A DNA stretch of 64,000 nt from a virus. Shown in pieces: positions 1-9,503 of the stretch. Location: the IMG/VR virus record IMGVR_UViG_3300027751_000015, positions 1,813 through 65,812 of that record; one strand, written 5' to 3'. A program made the position numbers and the translations under genes. Position 1 is the first letter of the stretch; every line of letters starts with the position of its first letter. The notes under the pieces were generated by a model. The model was given only the letters and a program-made list of their open reading frames with translations, ran no database searches and was not told the origin of the DNA.

Positions 1-651
1 TATTCTACTGCTAGCAGCAATGATACTCTACCTAAGTTTCGTATTGTATTTCCTCTTACAGAAAGGCTTGAAGCGGATAGAATTAAACACTTTTGGTTTG
101 CTCTAAACTCAGAGATTAATTCTCTTGGAGATAAACAGACTAAAGACCTATCTCGTATGTATTATGTGCCTGCAGCTTACAATAAAGCTAATAACTTCAT
201 ATTCTCTAATGACGATGGAGTAGATATAGATCCATCAGCGCTTATGGCTAAATGGGAATACAGCGAAAAACAAAATAGTAAAGACTTTTTAGACAGATTA
301 CCAGATGCTTGGAAAGAACAAATTATTGATTACAGAAAATCTAAACTAGATAATACTAGTTATGTGTGGTCAAGCTATAGCGATTGCCCGTTTGTAAATA
401 AAACCCTTCTACGTGAGTATATGAGCATCGCTAACATTGATGGCACTGGAAGATATAGAATGATTTATAAGATGATGATCTCTATTGCTGGAAACGCTAT
501 TGAAAAGCAATATCCTATTACTGCAAGCCAGATAGTTGATCTAGTAAGACAGCTTGATAAAGATACTGCTAATATATACGAAAATAGGCCATTAGATACC
601 GAAGCTAATAATGCGCTTGAATACGCATATAAAAATGGAGTTATACAATAG
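1..651 (+). CDS. Primase-polymerase (AEP)-like protein, 5'-truncated by window edge
   Basis: Frame is open from base 1 (YSTASSNDTLPKFRIVFPL...DKQTKDLSRMYYVP), upstream of the ORF-track Met. The motifs resemble the prim-pol proteins of T4-like phages. Confidence 0.6.
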   Translation, partial: YSTASSNDTLPKFRIVFPLTERLEADRIKHFWFALNSEINSLGDKQTKDLSRMYYVPAAYNKANNFIFSNDDGVDIDPSALMAKWEYSEKQNSKDFLDRLPDAWKEQIIDYRKSKLDNTSYVWSSYSDCPFVNKTLLREYMSIANIDGTGRYRMIYKMMISIAGNAIEKQYPITASQIVDLVRQLDKDTANIYENRPLDTEANNALEYAYKNGVIQ

Positions 652-842
652 TGTTACCAGATGAAATGGAAGCCGAAAAGAACCGCAAGATAATTGTATC
701 ACAGTCAAATACAATCGAGATTCTTCAACAGAACGTGAGAGAGTTACAAGAACAATTGAATGCTGCGCATAAGCGTATTACTCAATTGACTCCTGAAGAA
801 ACTGAATTTATTGTCCGCAATCATAAAGGATTTGAAGGGTGA
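651..842 (+). CDS. Hypothetical coiled-coil protein
   Basis: Stop/start-coupled to both neighbours; heptad-rich. Confidence 0.6.
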   Translation: MLPDEMEAEKNRKIIVSQSNTIEILQQNVRELQEQLNAAHKRITQLTPEETEFIVRNHKGFEG

Positions 843-1612
843 GAATTATAGCAGGACCTTGTCAACATGAGTCGTTAGCTGAGTCAGCAGATATTGCACG
901 AGAGTGTAAACGAGTGTGCGATAAGTACGGCTTTGAGTATTATTTCAAAGCAAGCTTCGATAAAGCAAACCGCTCAAGTATGCAAGGCAAACGTGGCACG
1001 GGCCTAGAAGCAACACTTACTGACTTTCTTGCAATAAAAACAGAGTTAGGTATAAAGACACTTACTGATGTGCACGACCACGTACAAGTTAGGCGCATTG
1101 AACGACAGTTTAAAGATGCTGTTGATGTCTATCAGATACCTGCATTTTTGTGCAGGCAGACTGATTTAATCCAAGCAGCCTGTGCCACAGACAAGATAGT
1201 AAATATAAAAAAAGGTCAGTTCATGGCCCCTTGGGATATGAAAGGAGTGATAAGTAAGACTGAAGGCGCTAAAGACGTTTGGATAACTGAGCGAGGAACT
1301 AGTTTTGGCTATAACACTCTTGTCGTTGACTATACTGGGCTTATGTATATGCTCGACAATTTTAAACATGATATTGTTTTCGATTGTACGCACTCTGCCC
1401 AAAAACCCGGAGGACAGGGTAATAGTTCAGGCGGTAATAGGGATTACGTGCCTGGGCTGGCTCGTAGCGGGGCTGCTCTTGGGATTAAATCTTTTTTCTT
1501 GGAAGTCCATCCTGAACCTGATCTAGCACCAAGCGATGGTCCTAATATGTTAAAACTAGAAGATTTTGAAAGGACCGTAGATGACATCCACCGCTATTCT
1601 TATACCGGCTAG
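839..1612 (+). CDS. kdsA: KDO8P synthase (3-deoxy-8-phosphooctulonate synthase)
   Basis: IIAGPC, KASFDKANRSS, QIPAFLCRQTDL, NIKKGQF, ERGTSFGY, FDCTHS and EVHPEP...SDGPN motifs. Confidence 0.95.
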   Translation: MRIIAGPCQHESLAESADIARECKRVCDKYGFEYYFKASFDKANRSSMQGKRGTGLEATLTDFLAIKTELGIKTLTDVHDHVQVRRIERQFKDAVDVYQIPAFLCRQTDLIQAACATDKIVNIKKGQFMAPWDMKGVISKTEGAKDVWITERGTSFGYNTLVVDYTGLMYMLDNFKHDIVFDCTHSAQKPGGQGNSSGGNRDYVPGLARSGAALGIKSFFLEVHPEPDLAPSDGPNMLKLEDFERTVDDIHRYSYTG

Positions 1613-2249
1613 ATACGGCAGCACACGTTTTCCTGGTAAGCCACTAACACTTTTAGATGGTGTTCCTATGGTTAAACGAGTATATGATAAGTGTGTAGCA
1701 ACTGGCTACGACACATATGTACTAACAGACGATATGTCTATTGCGCATCTATTTAATGATAATGATTGTAGGATAGATAATACTGATTACCAAAATGGAA
1801 CTGAAAGATGTGCTGGCGCAATAAATCTAATTCGTAAGTATGACCAGTATATTAATGTTCAAGGTGATATGCCTGATGTGACAGAGGAAATGATCGAAAA
1901 GACGATTTGGCATTTAAAAAACTATCCTGTTACTACTATGTGTGCTATGATGCCAGAGGAACAACAGAATGATCCTAATACAGTTAAACTAGTAAGAGCT
2001 GCAGATAAGTGTTTATGGTTTGGTAGAGGCATGACTGGGTATGGTGATTGGCACTTGGGAATTTATGGATACAAGAGGAATGCGTTAGAAATGTATCCTG
2101 GTTTGACAGGCACACGTGAAGAGCGTATTGAAGAACTAGAACAACTCCGCTGGTTAAAAAATGGATGGGATATCGGTGTATTTCCATGTGAGTTTAACGG
2201 AGTAGAAATCAACACACCAGAAGATGCAAAGAAGTGGAATGAAAAATGA
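1581..2249 (+). CDS. kdsB: CMP-KDO synthetase (KDO cytidylyltransferase)
   Basis: IPARYGSTRFPGKPL, NGTERC, INVQGD, HLGIYGY and E-LEQLRWL motifs; adjacent to kdsA. Confidence 0.92.
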   Translation: MTSTAILIPARYGSTRFPGKPLTLLDGVPMVKRVYDKCVATGYDTYVLTDDMSIAHLFNDNDCRIDNTDYQNGTERCAGAINLIRKYDQYINVQGDMPDVTEEMIEKTIWHLKNYPVTTMCAMMPEEQQNDPNTVKLVRAADKCLWFGRGMTGYGDWHLGIYGYKRNALEMYPGLTGTREERIEELEQLRWLKNGWDIGVFPCEFNGVEINTPEDAKKWNEK

Positions 2250-2614
2250 AAGCTGGAAAAGTATGGGGTACGACAGAACTGATTGAAGCAAATGGCGCTT
2301 TAGAGTTTCACCGTATTGAAATGTTTGAAGGCGGTGTATGCTCGAAGCATTTGCACCGCTACAAGTGGAATGGGTTCTATGTAGAGTCAGGCAGAATGCT
2401 TATTCGTACATGGCAACGCGACTACGATTTAGTTGATGTTACTATTCTAGAAGAAGGCGATTATCATAAAGTTAAACCTGGTCTTTATCATCAATTTGAG
2501 TGTGTTGAAGATGGTATAGCATATGAACTATATTGGGCCGAGTTTAATCATAACGATATTGAACGAGAAAGTGTTGGATTTCACCAAGATGAGATTGAGC
2601 ATGATGGTACTTGA
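2246..2614 (+). CDS. Cupin-domain protein (sugar isomerase-like)
   Basis: GKVWG N-terminus, CSKHLH...NGFYVESG and HQF cupin motifs. Confidence 0.75.
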   Translation: MKAGKVWGTTELIEANGALEFHRIEMFEGGVCSKHLHRYKWNGFYVESGRMLIRTWQRDYDLVDVTILEEGDYHKVKPGLYHQFECVEDGIAYELYWAEFNHNDIERESVGFHQDEIEHDGT

Positions 2615-2777
2615 TAAGCTGTTTTTAGATGTAAATAGAGTAGAAGTTATTGATAACAATGGTCGCTCATACACTAAAAACCGAGTAGGTGAGGTGAAAG
2701 TACAGCTTCAAGACGATATGAGAACACTAAAATTGTTTGTTCAGTTTGAAGAAGATGAGGAAATATCAATTGACTAA
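2601..2777 (+). CDS. Hypothetical protein
   Basis: ATG at 2601 overlapping the upstream gene end; fills the operon gap. Confidence 0.55.
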   Translation: MMVLDKLFLDVNRVEVIDNNGRSYTKNRVGEVKVQLQDDMRTLKLFVQFEEDEEISID

Positions 2778-2810
2778 TTGGCAAGCAACATGGAAGGTCT
2801 TAAAAGAGCT

Positions 2811-3248
2811 ATGGCTATAGGAATAACATTTAGCACTTTTGATTTGTTACACGCAGGTCATATCGCTATGCTAAGAGAAGCAAAAAATCAATGTGATTAT
2901 CTAATCTGTGGTTTACAAGTAAATCCTGCCGCGGAAAGATCTGAAAAAAACACACCAGTTCAAACACTAGTAGAAAGATGGATGCAACTACAAGCTGTAA
3001 AATATGTAAATGAAATTATACCCTATGAGACCGAAACAGACATAGAAGATATTTTAAAAATGTTTGATATAGATGTTAGAATTATAGGTCAAGAATATAA
3101 AGACGGAAAATTTACTGGAAGAGCTACTTGCTCTGCCCGAGGAATAGAAATTTATTTTAATAAAAGAGACCATAGATTCTCCACTAGCGATTTACGCGAT
3201 AGAGTGTATGGAGAAGAACTTAAAAAAGACATTGGAGGTCTTACATGA
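2811..3248 (+). CDS. Glycerol-3-phosphate cytidylyltransferase-like (TagD family)
   Basis: FSTFDLLHAGH (HxGH), ER...LQAVKYV and C-terminal R...STS motif. Start could instead be ATG 2790. Confidence 0.85.
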   Translation: MAIGITFSTFDLLHAGHIAMLREAKNQCDYLICGLQVNPAAERSEKNTPVQTLVERWMQLQAVKYVNEIIPYETETDIEDILKMFDIDVRIIGQEYKDGKFTGRATCSARGIEIYFNKRDHRFSTSDLRDRVYGEELKKDIGGLT

Positions 3249-4093
3249 AAATAACTATAGTTGGCTATGGTTTTGTGGGTAGAGCTGTAGAGTATGGATT
3301 TAGAACTCCTAAAGTAAGAATGCAAATTGTTGATCCTAAATACGGTAAAACCTGCTATAACAGTTTAAAGGACGTTAATCTAGAAGAAAATATAACGTTT
3401 GTTTGTGTACCAACTCCTATGAATAAAGACGGTTCTATAGATTCCACCATTCTGGTAGATACAGTTAAAGAGCTAAAAGAACGAATGTCCGGAATAATTG
3501 TTATCAAATCTACGGTAACTCCTGATATAATTAAAAAACTCGTAGTAGGTTCGGGCGGTACTAGAATCGTATATAACCCAGAGTTTTTAACAGAAAAGAA
3601 TGCTATAGATGATTTCATAAATCCTGATAAGCATATCTTTGGCGGAAACGACGGATTTATCGACAACCTAGAATTCTACTATAAAGAATATAGCCTTTGT
3701 AGACCTTGTCCAGTACATCGAATGTCTGCGGTAGACGCTAGTTTTGTAAAATATGGAATTAACTCTTTCTTAGCTATGAAAGTTCTGTTTTTTAATCAGC
3801 TATATGATGTAGTAGAAAATAACGAAGCAGCTTATAATAAGATAGTGAATGCTATAACATCGGATAGTAGAATAGGTAGATCTCATTCTGCAGTTCCTGG
3901 GCTTGATAATAAGCGAGGATACGGAGGAGCTTGCTTTCCAAAGGATACAAGCGCGTTATTTAATTTAGATAAAGGGTTTACATTACTAGGAGAATGTGTT
4001 AGAATTAATAATGAATACAGATCTCAATATGAATTAGACCAAAGGGAAATAGAACAACATGTCGATTATGGACAAACTGAAGAAAAACAGTAA
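3245..4093 (+). CDS. UDP-glucose/GDP-mannose 6-dehydrogenase family protein (short phage form)
   Basis: IVGYGFVG Rossmann motif, FVCVPTP, IKSTV, YNPEFL, K...NSFLA and GYGGACFPKD. Confidence 0.9.
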   Translation: MKITIVGYGFVGRAVEYGFRTPKVRMQIVDPKYGKTCYNSLKDVNLEENITFVCVPTPMNKDGSIDSTILVDTVKELKERMSGIIVIKSTVTPDIIKKLVVGSGGTRIVYNPEFLTEKNAIDDFINPDKHIFGGNDGFIDNLEFYYKEYSLCRPCPVHRMSAVDASFVKYGINSFLAMKVLFFNQLYDVVENNEAAYNKIVNAITSDSRIGRSHSAVPGLDNKRGYGGACFPKDTSALFNLDKGFTLLGECVRINNEYRSQYELDQREIEQHVDYGQTEEKQ

Positions 4094-5105
4094 AATCAAA
4101 ACTTCTGAAGTTCTTGCGGACTCAAAATTCTTTACAGAAGTAGATATGACACCAACTGATGTACCTATGATTAACGTAGCACTTTCAGGTTCTGTCGATG
4201 GAGGACTGGCACCTGGACTTACAGTACTGGCTGGGCCTTCAAAACATTTTAAAACATCGTTTGCTTTACTGATGGCAGCATCGTATCTGAAAAAGCACCC
4301 AGAAGCTGTTATGCTATTTTATGATTCAGAGTTTGGTTCTCCTCAAGCTTATTTCGAGCAGTTTGATATTGATACAACCCGCATTTTACATACACCAATT
4401 ACAAATGTAGAAGAGCTTAAATTTGATCTTATTTCTCAATTAGAAGAAATTTCGAGAGATGACAAAGTAATTGTTGTAATTGATTCTATTGGTAACTTAG
4501 CTTCTAAGAAAGAGCTAGATGATGCAATCAATGAAAAATCAGTAGCAGATATGTCACGTGCGAAAGCTTTAAAAGGTTTATTTCGTATGTCGACACCATA
4601 TCTTACAATGAAGAATATTCCTCTGATTGCTGTTAACCATACGTATATGGAAATTGGCTTGTTTCCAAAAGCCATTGTAGGTGGTGGCACCGGAATTTAT
4701 TATTCTGCAGATAATATTTGGATCTTAGGTCGTCAACAAGATAAAAAGGGTACAGAAATACAAGGTTATCATTTCGTAATTAACGTGGAGAAAAGCCGTT
4801 ATGTTAAAGAAAAATCTAAAATTCCTATCACTGTCTCTTGGGATGGTGGTGTCCGTAAGTACTCTGGCTTGCTCGATTGTGCTCTTGCTGGTAATTATGT
4901 CACTAAGCCTTCCAATGGCTGGTATGCTGCGGTTGATCAAAGTACTGGAGAAATTGGACATAAGGTTCGGCACGCTGACACTCTTGATGAATCCTTCTGG
5001 AGTCCAATCTTTGCTAATACAGATTTTAAAGACTTCTTGAAAAAACAATACAGTATTGGTCATCAATCTCTAGTAGATATGGATAAGATTGTGGAAGAAG
5101 CATAA
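4059..5105 (+). CDS. uvsX: RecA-like recombinase UvsX
   Basis: LAGPSKHFKT Walker A, FYDSEFG, IDSIGNLAS and GGGTGIYYSADNIW. Confidence 0.97.
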   Translation: MSIMDKLKKNSKIKTSEVLADSKFFTEVDMTPTDVPMINVALSGSVDGGLAPGLTVLAGPSKHFKTSFALLMAASYLKKHPEAVMLFYDSEFGSPQAYFEQFDIDTTRILHTPITNVEELKFDLISQLEEISRDDKVIVVIDSIGNLASKKELDDAINEKSVADMSRAKALKGLFRMSTPYLTMKNIPLIAVNHTYMEIGLFPKAIVGGGTGIYYSADNIWILGRQQDKKGTEIQGYHFVINVEKSRYVKEKSKIPITVSWDGGVRKYSGLLDCALAGNYVTKPSNGWYAAVDQSTGEIGHKVRHADTLDESFWSPIFANTDFKDFLKKQYSIGHQSLVDMDKIVEEA

Positions 5106-5377
5106 TGAAAGAAAACACTGATTATGAATTTATTCCAGTTGAGGGTCAAGATAACTGGAATATAAGAATAAAAACAGGAGATTATATAGAGACTGTGTTT
5201 CAGTTCGGAGCTTTAGCAGTAAATGAAGGAGATGAGTCTTTAAGCTTTAATTTTGAAGTAATCTCCTCACCTATAGAAGATTTAGTTCCTGATGAAGATA
5301 TTGGTTTACAAAAGAACGTAGGCAGTATACTATATGATGTATTAGAACAGGCTAGCGCGATGGGGCAAAATGAGTAA
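5105..5377 (+). CDS. Hypothetical protein in T4 gp40 syntenic position
   Basis: Lies between uvsX and gp41, as gp40 does in T4; no diagnostic motif. Confidence 0.5.
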   Translation: MKENTDYEFIPVEGQDNWNIRIKTGDYIETVFQFGALAVNEGDESLSFNFEVISSPIEDLVPDEDIGLQKNVGSILYDVLEQASAMGQNE

Positions 5378-6737
5378 CGTAGAACAAGTAATATTACGAA
5401 ATGTGTTGAATAACGAATCTTATATGCGTAAGGTTCTACCGTTTATTCAGCCAGATTATTTTCAAGGAGTTTACAATCTTCTTTTTAAAGAAGCTGCAGC
5501 ATATGTAGCAAAATTCAATACACTGCCGACTAAAGATTCTCTTAAGATTGAAGTCGATGGATCTGATAGGTTTAATCAAGATATGTATGGTGCAGCCATG
5601 GAGATTATTCCAGTGCTGTTTGAAAAGGATAATGCTGATCAAGAATGGCTTATGAGCACTACTGAAAAATGGTGTCAAGATAGGGCTATTCATAATGCTG
5701 TCATGGAATCAATAAGTATTATTGATGGGAAGCATAAGTCTCTTACTAAGAATGCTATGCCAGATCTCCTAACAAAAGCTTTAGCAGTAACCTTTGATCC
5801 TTCAGTAGGTCACGACTATATTGAAGATGTTGAAAAACGATATGATTTTTATCATGAAGATGAAGAGCGTATTCCTTTTGATTTAGAATACTTTAATCAA
5901 ATCACAAAAGGCGGATTACCTAACAAAACTCTTAACATTGCTCTTGCTGGTACAGGTGTAGGTAAATCATTGTTTATGTGCCACATGGCAGGTAATGTTT
6001 TAACTCAAGGTAAAAACGTATTATACATAACTATGGAAATGGCAGAAGAACGTATTGCAGAACGGATTGATGCCAATCTGCTAAATATCCCTCTTGACCA
6101 GCTACAGCATATCACTAAAGAGATGCTAACTTCGAAGGTAGATAAGCTCGCATCTAGAACAAACGGCAAGCTCATTATCAAAGAATATCCCACTGGTTCT
6201 GCTCATACAGGCCATTTTAGAGCACTGTTAAATGAGCTTAAACTCAAGAAGAACTTTGTGCCAGAAATGATATTTATTGATTACCTTAATATATGTTCTT
6301 CTTCTCGAATGAAAGGAATGGGTGGTGCAATTAACTCTTACACTTATATCAAAGCAATTGCTGAAGAATTACGAGGACTTGCAGTTGAGTTTAACGTCCC
6401 GCTTGTATCTGCAACGCAAACGACGCGTAGTGGTTTTGGTAGCTCGGATCCTGGGCTTGAAGATACGAGCGAGTCTTTTGGATTACCCGCAACGGCAGAT
6501 CTAATGTTTGCCCTTATATCTTCAGAAGAGCTTGAAGCTCAAGGCCAAATAATGGTTAAACAATTAAAGAATAGATATAACGATCCTAATAACAATAAGA
6601 GATTTGTTATTGGAATTGATAAATCTCGTATGAGGCTGATAGATGAAGAAAATGGAACTGAAGGTGTAGTAAATGATGTTCCCACTTTTGATAAAACTGA
6701 AATGAACCAAAGGTTTAAGGACTTTAAAATACAATGA
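5370..6737 (+). CDS. 41: Replicative DNA helicase gp41 (DnaB family)
   Basis: AGTGVGKSLFMC Walker A, YITMEMAE, IFIDYLNI, SESFGLPATAD and QLKNRYND. Confidence 0.97.
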   Translation: MSNVEQVILRNVLNNESYMRKVLPFIQPDYFQGVYNLLFKEAAAYVAKFNTLPTKDSLKIEVDGSDRFNQDMYGAAMEIIPVLFEKDNADQEWLMSTTEKWCQDRAIHNAVMESISIIDGKHKSLTKNAMPDLLTKALAVTFDPSVGHDYIEDVEKRYDFYHEDEERIPFDLEYFNQITKGGLPNKTLNIALAGTGVGKSLFMCHMAGNVLTQGKNVLYITMEMAEERIAERIDANLLNIPLDQLQHITKEMLTSKVDKLASRTNGKLIIKEYPTGSAHTGHFRALLNELKLKKNFVPEMIFIDYLNICSSSRMKGMGGAINSYTYIKAIAEELRGLAVEFNVPLVSATQTTRSGFGSSDPGLEDTSESFGLPATADLMFALISSEELEAQGQIMVKQLKNRYNDPNNNKRFVIGIDKSRMRLIDEENGTEGVVNDVPTFDKTEMNQRFKDFKIQ

Positions 6738-6750
6738 AAGGAAATAAATA

Positions 6751-6867
6751 ATGGCTGTAATAGAAAAAAATAAAAAGACAAGTATCGGAAGTCGTAATGT
6801 TAAAACGTCTTCTATGAACAAATCAAAGAAAAGAAGTTTTAAAAAGTACAGAGGTCAAGGTAAGTAA
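6751..6867 (+). CDS. Small basic protein (38 aa) missed by the ORF track
   Basis: AAAGGA SD, ATG 6751, MAVIEKNKKTSIGSRNVKTSSMNKSKKRSFKKYRGQGK; TAATG stop/start overlap with thyX. Confidence 0.8.
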   Translation: MAVIEKNKKTSIGSRNVKTSSMNKSKKRSFKKYRGQGK

Positions 6868-7553
6868 TGAAAACTCGTCTCCTATCATATACTCAACCAG
6901 TAAGACATGTTCACTCAGGTGATCTTGGTATTATGGGTTTAGATAACATTCAAGATTTGATTGCGTATTGCGCTCGAGTATCAAATCCAAATAATCAAAG
7001 TAATACAAAAACTACAGCAAAACTTCTTAATTATCTTATTGAGCATAAGCATTGGTCTCCGTTTGAAATGGCTTCTGTTACCATGGAAATTGAAACAACA
7101 AGAGATATCGCTAGACAGTTTCTACGTCACCGATCATTTTCGTTTCAAGAGTTTTCTCAGCGGTATGCTGACATCCGTGATCTTAATGATAATTTTGTAA
7201 TTCGTGATGCTCGAATGCAAGATCCTAAAAATCGTCAAAACTCTGTCGTAACAGATGATGCCGATCTACAAGAACGTTGGGCTGAGATGCAAGCCGATGT
7301 GATCGCCTGCTCAAAGGCGGCATACAGCTGGGCACTAGCAAACGGTATTGCGAAAGAGCAAGCCCGTGCAGTTTTACCAGAAGGAAATACTGTCTCTCGG
7401 CTCTACGTAAATGGTACTATTAGGTCATGGATTCACTATATTGATCTAAGATCCTCAAATGGTACACAACAAGAGCACATGGACCTGGCAAAAGAAATAG
7501 CGAACGCCATAAGTATAATATATCCTAGTATCATAGACTTTATAAAGGAGTAA
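6867..7553 (+). CDS. thyX: FAD-dependent thymidylate synthase
   Basis: HWSPFE, RHRSFSFQEFSQRY signature, KEQARAVLP and RSWIHY..LR. Confidence 0.97.
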   Translation: MKTRLLSYTQPVRHVHSGDLGIMGLDNIQDLIAYCARVSNPNNQSNTKTTAKLLNYLIEHKHWSPFEMASVTMEIETTRDIARQFLRHRSFSFQEFSQRYADIRDLNDNFVIRDARMQDPKNRQNSVVTDDADLQERWAEMQADVIACSKAAYSWALANGIAKEQARAVLPEGNTVSRLYVNGTIRSWIHYIDLRSSNGTQQEHMDLAKEIANAISIIYPSIIDFIKE

Positions 7554-7556
7554 AAT

Positions 7557-7799
7557 ATGTTTCACGGTCGTCAAAGAAAGATTAGCACCTTTCACGCAGA
7601 TAGCGGAAAGGGATATGCGGAAGTATGGATGGACTTTAAAGAAGAAGTGGCTTTTATAAAATACTTTGATGATAATGATGTTAAGTTTTTCGAAGAGGAT
7701 TTCCCCAATAAGACCACACGCTATGTTGAAGACGCTGCGCAGAATTGGGCGTTAGGAATTAAAAAACTTGATGGAAACTTTCAGCTTGGATTATTATAG
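7557..7799 (+). CDS. Hypothetical protein
   Basis: AGGAG SD; clean ORF in operon. Confidence 0.65.
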   Translation: MFHGRQRKISTFHADSGKGYAEVWMDFKEEVAFIKYFDDNDVKFFEEDFPNKTTRYVEDAAQNWALGIKKLDGNFQLGLL

Positions 7800-7801
7800 T
7801 A

Positions 7802-7830
7802 TGTACAATGCTTGTAAAATATTGTAGAAT
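7802..7830 (+). promoter_or_regulatory. Early/middle promoter TGTACA-N17-TAGAAT
   Basis: Exact 17-nt spacer; TG extended -10. Confidence 0.7.
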
Positions 7831-7844
7831 AAATTATATTAAAT

Positions 7845-8267
7845 ATGGAGAATAAAATGAGTGATTTTGCTAATGACATGTACATGATGCATAACAAATT
7901 CGGCGTACGTGAGTGGTTTGAAGCCAATAAAGAAAATAAAGATCTTATGCAGAAATATCTCATGTTTCGTATGCTTATGATCGGTGAAGAATACCAAGAG
8001 ACATTGTCTGCTATTAATAATTCTGATGCAGAGGAAGTCGTTGATGGTCTAATTGATATGTGCGTATTTGCTATCGGCACTCTTGATATTATGGGTGTTG
8101 ATGCTAATAAAGCATGGGATGCTATATACCAAGCTAATATGGCAAAAGAGCCAGGCGTAAAGCCTGGTCGCCCTAATCGTTTTGGATTGCCCGATTTACT
8201 AAAGCCAAGTGGTTGGCAAGGGCCATCACACGAAGGCAATCATGGCGATCTGCCGAGTATCGTCTAA
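7845..8267 (+). CDS. MazG-like nucleoside triphosphate pyrophosphohydrolase
   Basis: EEYQE...EEVVDGLID acidic helical motif and ANMAK. Confidence 0.8.
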   Translation: MENKMSDFANDMYMMHNKFGVREWFEANKENKDLMQKYLMFRMLMIGEEYQETLSAINNSDAEEVVDGLIDMCVFAIGTLDIMGVDANKAWDAIYQANMAKEPGVKPGRPNRFGLPDLLKPSGWQGPSHEGNHGDLPSIV

Positions 8268-8749
8268 TGAAAAATGAAGGTGAAAAACTTTGGAAAAAGG
8301 TGAAGAAAATGGATCTAGGAAACCCGATGATAACAGCCCTTGTTGGGCTGGTCATTTTTTATATTGGACTTAAGACATTCTCAGGTGGAATGAAATCTAT
8401 GGGGAATATGGAACACCTTAACTGGTTTCTAGGTAGTCCGATCTATATGTTTTTTGGTGGAATTATCATGACATTGCTATGGCAATCATCTTCACTATCT
8501 ACTACTGCTATTATTGCATTAGTTGCTTCTGGTGCTTTACCGCTGCCTGCAGCTATTGCATGCGTTCTTGGTGCTAATATTGGTACGACAGGTACAATAT
8601 GGCTGGCTGGTTTATTTGTCTCTGATGGAATGCCTAAAGGTGATACGCTACGAATTGCAATGGCACATACTGGAATGAACCTACTTATGGCTCTTATGCT
8701 ACTACCTTTTGTTGGACGAATAGCGCAGTATTTAGCTAGATTTGGATAA
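8267..8749 (+). CDS. Na+/phosphate cotransporter-family membrane protein (single repeat)
   Basis: WQSSSLST and GANIGTT signature motifs; hydrophobic; ATG 8267 overlaps upstream TAA. Confidence 0.8.
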   Translation: MKNEGEKLWKKVKKMDLGNPMITALVGLVIFYIGLKTFSGGMKSMGNMEHLNWFLGSPIYMFFGGIIMTLLWQSSSLSTTAIIALVASGALPLPAAIACVLGANIGTTGTIWLAGLFVSDGMPKGDTLRIAMAHTGMNLLMALMLLPFVGRIAQYLARFG

Positions 8750-8783
8750 AAATTCTAAGTCATTGATTACAAACAAAACAAAA

Positions 8784-8805
8784 ATGCGCTTCGGCGCATT
8801 TTTTT
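8784..8805 (+). terminator. Rho-independent terminator
   Basis: ATGCGC-TTCG-GCGCAT stem with C(UUCG)G loop followed by a T-run. Confidence 0.85.
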
Positions 8806-8806
8806 G

Positions 8807-8835
8807 TGTACATTGCTTTTTAAACGTGTTATAAA
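8807..8835 (+). promoter_or_regulatory. Early promoter TGTACA-N17-TATAAA
   Basis: Directly after the terminator and upstream of a GGAG SD. Confidence 0.75.
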
Positions 8836-8858
8836 GGTTATAACAAAAGGAGAAAACA

Positions 8859-9062
8859 ATGTTTGAAGTTGGAATGGGAATTATTCGTCAATATAGAGAT
8901 TATACTGCAAAAGGTGAAATCACTTCTATTCACGATGATGCGGATGGCGAAACACTTATTAGCGTTATGTACGACGATGGTGCCGTGAAAACTTACACCG
9001 AAAATTGCGTAGAACAAAACTTAGGTCGTCGCATGATTGTAACCGAGGAGGTAATCTGGTAA
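8859..9062 (+). CDS. Hypothetical early protein
   Basis: AAGGAG SD after early promoter. Confidence 0.7.
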   Translation: MFEVGMGIIRQYRDYTAKGEITSIHDDADGETLISVMYDDGAVKTYTENCVEQNLGRRMIVTEEVIW

Positions 9063-9232
9063 TGCTTTATATTCGTGAAATCGAAAAAATGTTCAACTGC
9101 ACATTCGACTATGCAGAAAAAATCTTTGATAACATGGGTGGTCTTGGCTTTGACTTCTCTCAATCTTCGCAAGAAGAGTTCAATGCAACTGCAACTGAAA
9201 TCTTTCAACTTATGGAAAATGGAGTAATATAA
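9062..9232 (+). CDS. Hypothetical early protein
   Basis: GAGGAG SD; TAATG coupling. Confidence 0.65.
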   Translation: MLYIREIEKMFNCTFDYAEKIFDNMGGLGFDFSQSSQEEFNATATEIFQLMENGVI

Positions 9233-9233
9233 T

Positions 9234-9503
9234 ATGGTATTCGTAACTTTTAAAAATCGTTCTTCTGATAGCTATCGTTTTTCTTGTTCTGATATTGATG
9301 ATCCTGCGATTTCAGAATTAAAACTACTGATTCGCAACCAAAACAAATATCTTAATAAATTTAATAAAGCTATTGGCTACAAAAAATATTCTACAAAAGG
9401 TCTTCGTATTCGTCCTCGCGGCCCTCGCCTTTCTACATATGCTCACGACACACCAATTGAAAATGCCACTCACTTTGACGTGTATACAAGAGATTATTGT
9501 TAA
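9234..9503 (+). CDS. Hypothetical protein
   Basis: GGAG SD; operon position. Confidence 0.6.
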   Translation: MVFVTFKNRSSDSYRFSCSDIDDPAISELKLLIRNQNKYLNKFNKAIGYKKYSTKGLRIRPRGPRLSTYAHDTPIENATHFDVYTRDYC

